Of a stretch of 22,690 bases of DNA, positions 20,753 through 22,690 are shown piece after piece (within the stretch, counting starts at the first letter, position 1; each line of letters begins with the position of its first letter). The stretch spans positions 1 to 22,690 of the forward strand of contig JALDTO010000058.1 of NCBI GenBank assembly GCA_023515725.1, written 5' to 3'. This stretch comes from Amoeboaphelidium protococcarum X5. Taxonomy: Eukaryota > Fungi > Aphelidiomycota. The translations under genes were made by a program, and so were the position numbers. Below the pieces are notes generated by a model. The model saw only the letters and a program-made list of their open reading frames with translations. It searched no databases and was not told the DNA's origin.

Positions 20753-22295
20753 TCATAACATTAAATTCAAAGGATTCTCCAGATTCTCCTTAAACTTTGC
20801 CAACCATTGCGCTCCCACAGCACCATCGACAGTTCTATGATCACAACTCAGAGTGACATGCATAGTCTACACAACAGCGAATCCCTTCTCAGTATCGCTA
20901 TCAGGTAACATTCTCTTCTCGGTGGCACCAACTGCCAATATACATGACTACGGAGGATTAATGATTGCAGTGAACGACTTCACACCATACATTCCAAGAT
21001 TGGAGATGGTAAAAGTACCTCCCTGATACTCCTGAGGTTGCAACTTATTCTGTCTAGCCTTTGCTGCCAAATCTTTCACACTCTGAGATATAGAAGCTAG
21101 ACCTTTCTGGTGAGCATTCTTCACAATAGGGGTGATCAGTCCAGATGGAGTAGATACAGCGATACTGATATCAACATTGTGATATCTTCTAATCACAGAG
21201 TCCAACCATGCAGAGTTGACTTCAGGAACTTCCTTCATTGTCATGGCGGCCGCCTTAATGATAAAGTCATTGACTGACAATTTGAATTTGCCGTCAGCCT
21301 GCTCATTGAACACCTAACGCAACTTCAGTACTTTATCCATAACCACTTCGGTCGTCAGATAGTAATGAGGCAACTGCTACTTGGATTCTTGTAATCTAGT
21401 GGCGATAACCTTGCGCATATTAGTTATTGGAATGTCTTCATATTCTCCACCTTGAGGCGCAGCTGCCTATTGTTACTTCTAGCCTGCTGACTGAGCATTA
21501 CCACTAGCACTAGCCACAGAGGGCTTCTTATAATTCTCAATGTCACTCTTCACAATTCTGCTATTAGGACCGGAACCTTTCACGTCCGATAGATTAATAG
21601 AACGCTCACCGGCCAACTTACGCGCCACAGGACTTGCGAAGACGCGATCAGATTAGTAACCTTAATCCTGAGCAGAGTCGCTCACACTGGTGGACTGAAT
21701 AGATGCATCAGCTTTCGATTCAACTTGCTCCGGCTTATTATCGTCCACCTGCTTCTCAGAACTGCTCGACTTTGCGGGCGACGCGGCATCAGAAACCTTG
21801 AAATTTTAAAACTTCTCCACATCCTCCTTGTCTTCTACCATGACAGCGATCGGAGTATTAACGCCAACATCCTTCGCTCCAGCATCCACCAAAATCTTGG
21901 CAATAAATCCCTCCTCCTGACATTCAAAGTCCATCTGCGCCTTGTCCGTCTCGATCTCCACCAGAACGTCACCGGCCACAACCTCATCGCCAACCTTCTT
22001 ATGCCAAGTTCCCAGATTACCGCTGGTCATTGTCGGACTTAAAGCGGGCATCTTAATAACATTATGAGCTGGAAAATCTACATAGATGTTAATGACTTTC
22101 GGTTAGCGTGTAATTGTGACTATAACTGTAATCGAAATCAACAGAGTTGTTACCTTTAGCTGCGTAGAATCTCAACTACTGCTACTGCTGAACAGCGCGA
22201 ATGCGACTAACATTCTTCAAAGCGCCACCAAACGTTAATCTAGCACTGCCTCCAACAGCAGTTGATTTCTAAATTAATCTACTAAAGTTTTACAT
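20753..22295 (-). CDS. LAT1: Pyruvate dehydrogenase E2, dihydrolipoamide acetyltransferase, mitochondrial precursor, ~488 aa; exons 22295-22154, 22077-20753
   Basis: Presequence M[TAA]NFSRLIQKST...LRFYAAK; lipoyl domain MPALSPTM...[12 protein letters not shown]; E3-binding [12 protein letters not shown]; [11 protein letters not shown]; [14 protein letters not shown]; [12 protein letters not shown]; ENPLNLML*. Confidence 0.96.
22078..22153 (-). other. Spliceosomal intron, 76 nt (GTAACA...GCTAAC...TGTAG)
   Basis: Phase-1 intron; removal gives [21 protein letters not shown]. Confidence 0.9.
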
Positions 22296-22492
22296 CTTAA
22301 ATCACTAAAAGACTAATCCAATCCAAATTCAGATAACTTTCTGATCAAAGAATCGGTTGGACGACGACGAGCGATGAAAGTCTCCTCATAACGAGCAGAC
22401 AGAGCGTAACGCGTTGACAGGTAAATACTTAACGCTCTCAAATAGTAATGGCAAATTAAAAAAGGTATGGCAAACAATAAGGACTTTATTAA

Positions 22493-22690
22493 TCATGCAA
22501 CACTTTAATGGAACACCTTGGCTATCTTATACACTTACTAAGTAGCTGATTTCCATATTTCACCGCCTATAATATTTCTGTCATCACCGTACTGACTATC
22601 ATTGCGCCAGTAAAGGTATCCAAACACGGCACCTCCTAGATGCGCTGCATGATCAAGTCCACTCATAGCAGTGCCGCGAGATAATACGAT
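22493..22690 (-). CDS. 3' end (partial) of a rhomboid intramembrane protease, PARL/PCP1-like
   Basis: ...SGLDHAAHLGGAVFGYLYW...GGEIWKSATQQVYKIAKVFHQSVA*. DHAAHLGGA.FG is the catalytic-His helix of mitochondrial rhomboids. The gene runs off the window edge. Confidence 0.82.

Noticed and set aside
299-22042. Antisense and off-frame ORFs in the supplied track (e.g. 613-1017 -, 3454-3816 -, 9377-9892 -, 14484-14900 -, 21725-22042 +)
   Set aside because: Shadow ORFs overlapping well-supported genes, with no recognisable motifs; computed under the wrong genetic code.
243-22690. Interpreting the many in-frame TAA/TAG as pseudogenisation or sequencing error
   Set aside because: They fall on conserved Gln positions, no internal TGA or unexplained frameshift was found, catalytic motifs are intact, and essential genes are all affected.
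1-22690. tRNA/rRNA genes, transposons, CRISPR arrays, selenocysteine TGA recoding
   Set aside because: No cloverleaf, rRNA-like, terminal-repeat, transposase or spaced-repeat signal was seen by eye, and no internal in-frame TGA was found in the CDSs. Small ncRNAs cannot be excluded without an Rfam/tRNAscan search.

Overview
Compact, gene-dense eukaryotic (fungus-like, early-diverging Holomycota) nuclear DNA that does NOT use the standard genetic code. TAA and TAG occur in frame at conserved glutamine positions of many housekeeping proteins, and every gene ends in TGA (translation table 6). This is why the supplied ORF track shows only fragments. Re-reading with TAR=Gln gives 14 complete genes plus one partial: biotin-dependent acyl-CoA carboxylase alpha subunit, COX16, eIF4E, 3-phosphoglycerate dehydrogenase (SER3), an orphan His/Gln-rich protein, an HPP-family membrane protein, complex I 75-kDa subunit, YTM1/WDR12, an OSR1/SPAK(Fray)-like STE20 kinase, coactosin-like protein, MDM12, a Tubby-domain protein, phosphoserine phosphatase (SER2), PDH E2 (LAT1) and the 3' end of a PARL/PCP1-type rhomboid. 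The code plus gene content best fits the aphelid Amoeboaphelidium protococcarum, where TAR=Gln is already known (inference, not verified). Less expected signals: all 7 inferred short introns (52-76 nt) end in TGTAG; Gln codon choice varies strongly between genes; a TTTCRTCGCTC element recurs upstream of start codons; the HPP and Tubby signature residues are altered; and the orphan may carry a divergent winged-helix domain. All translations and counts were done by hand.
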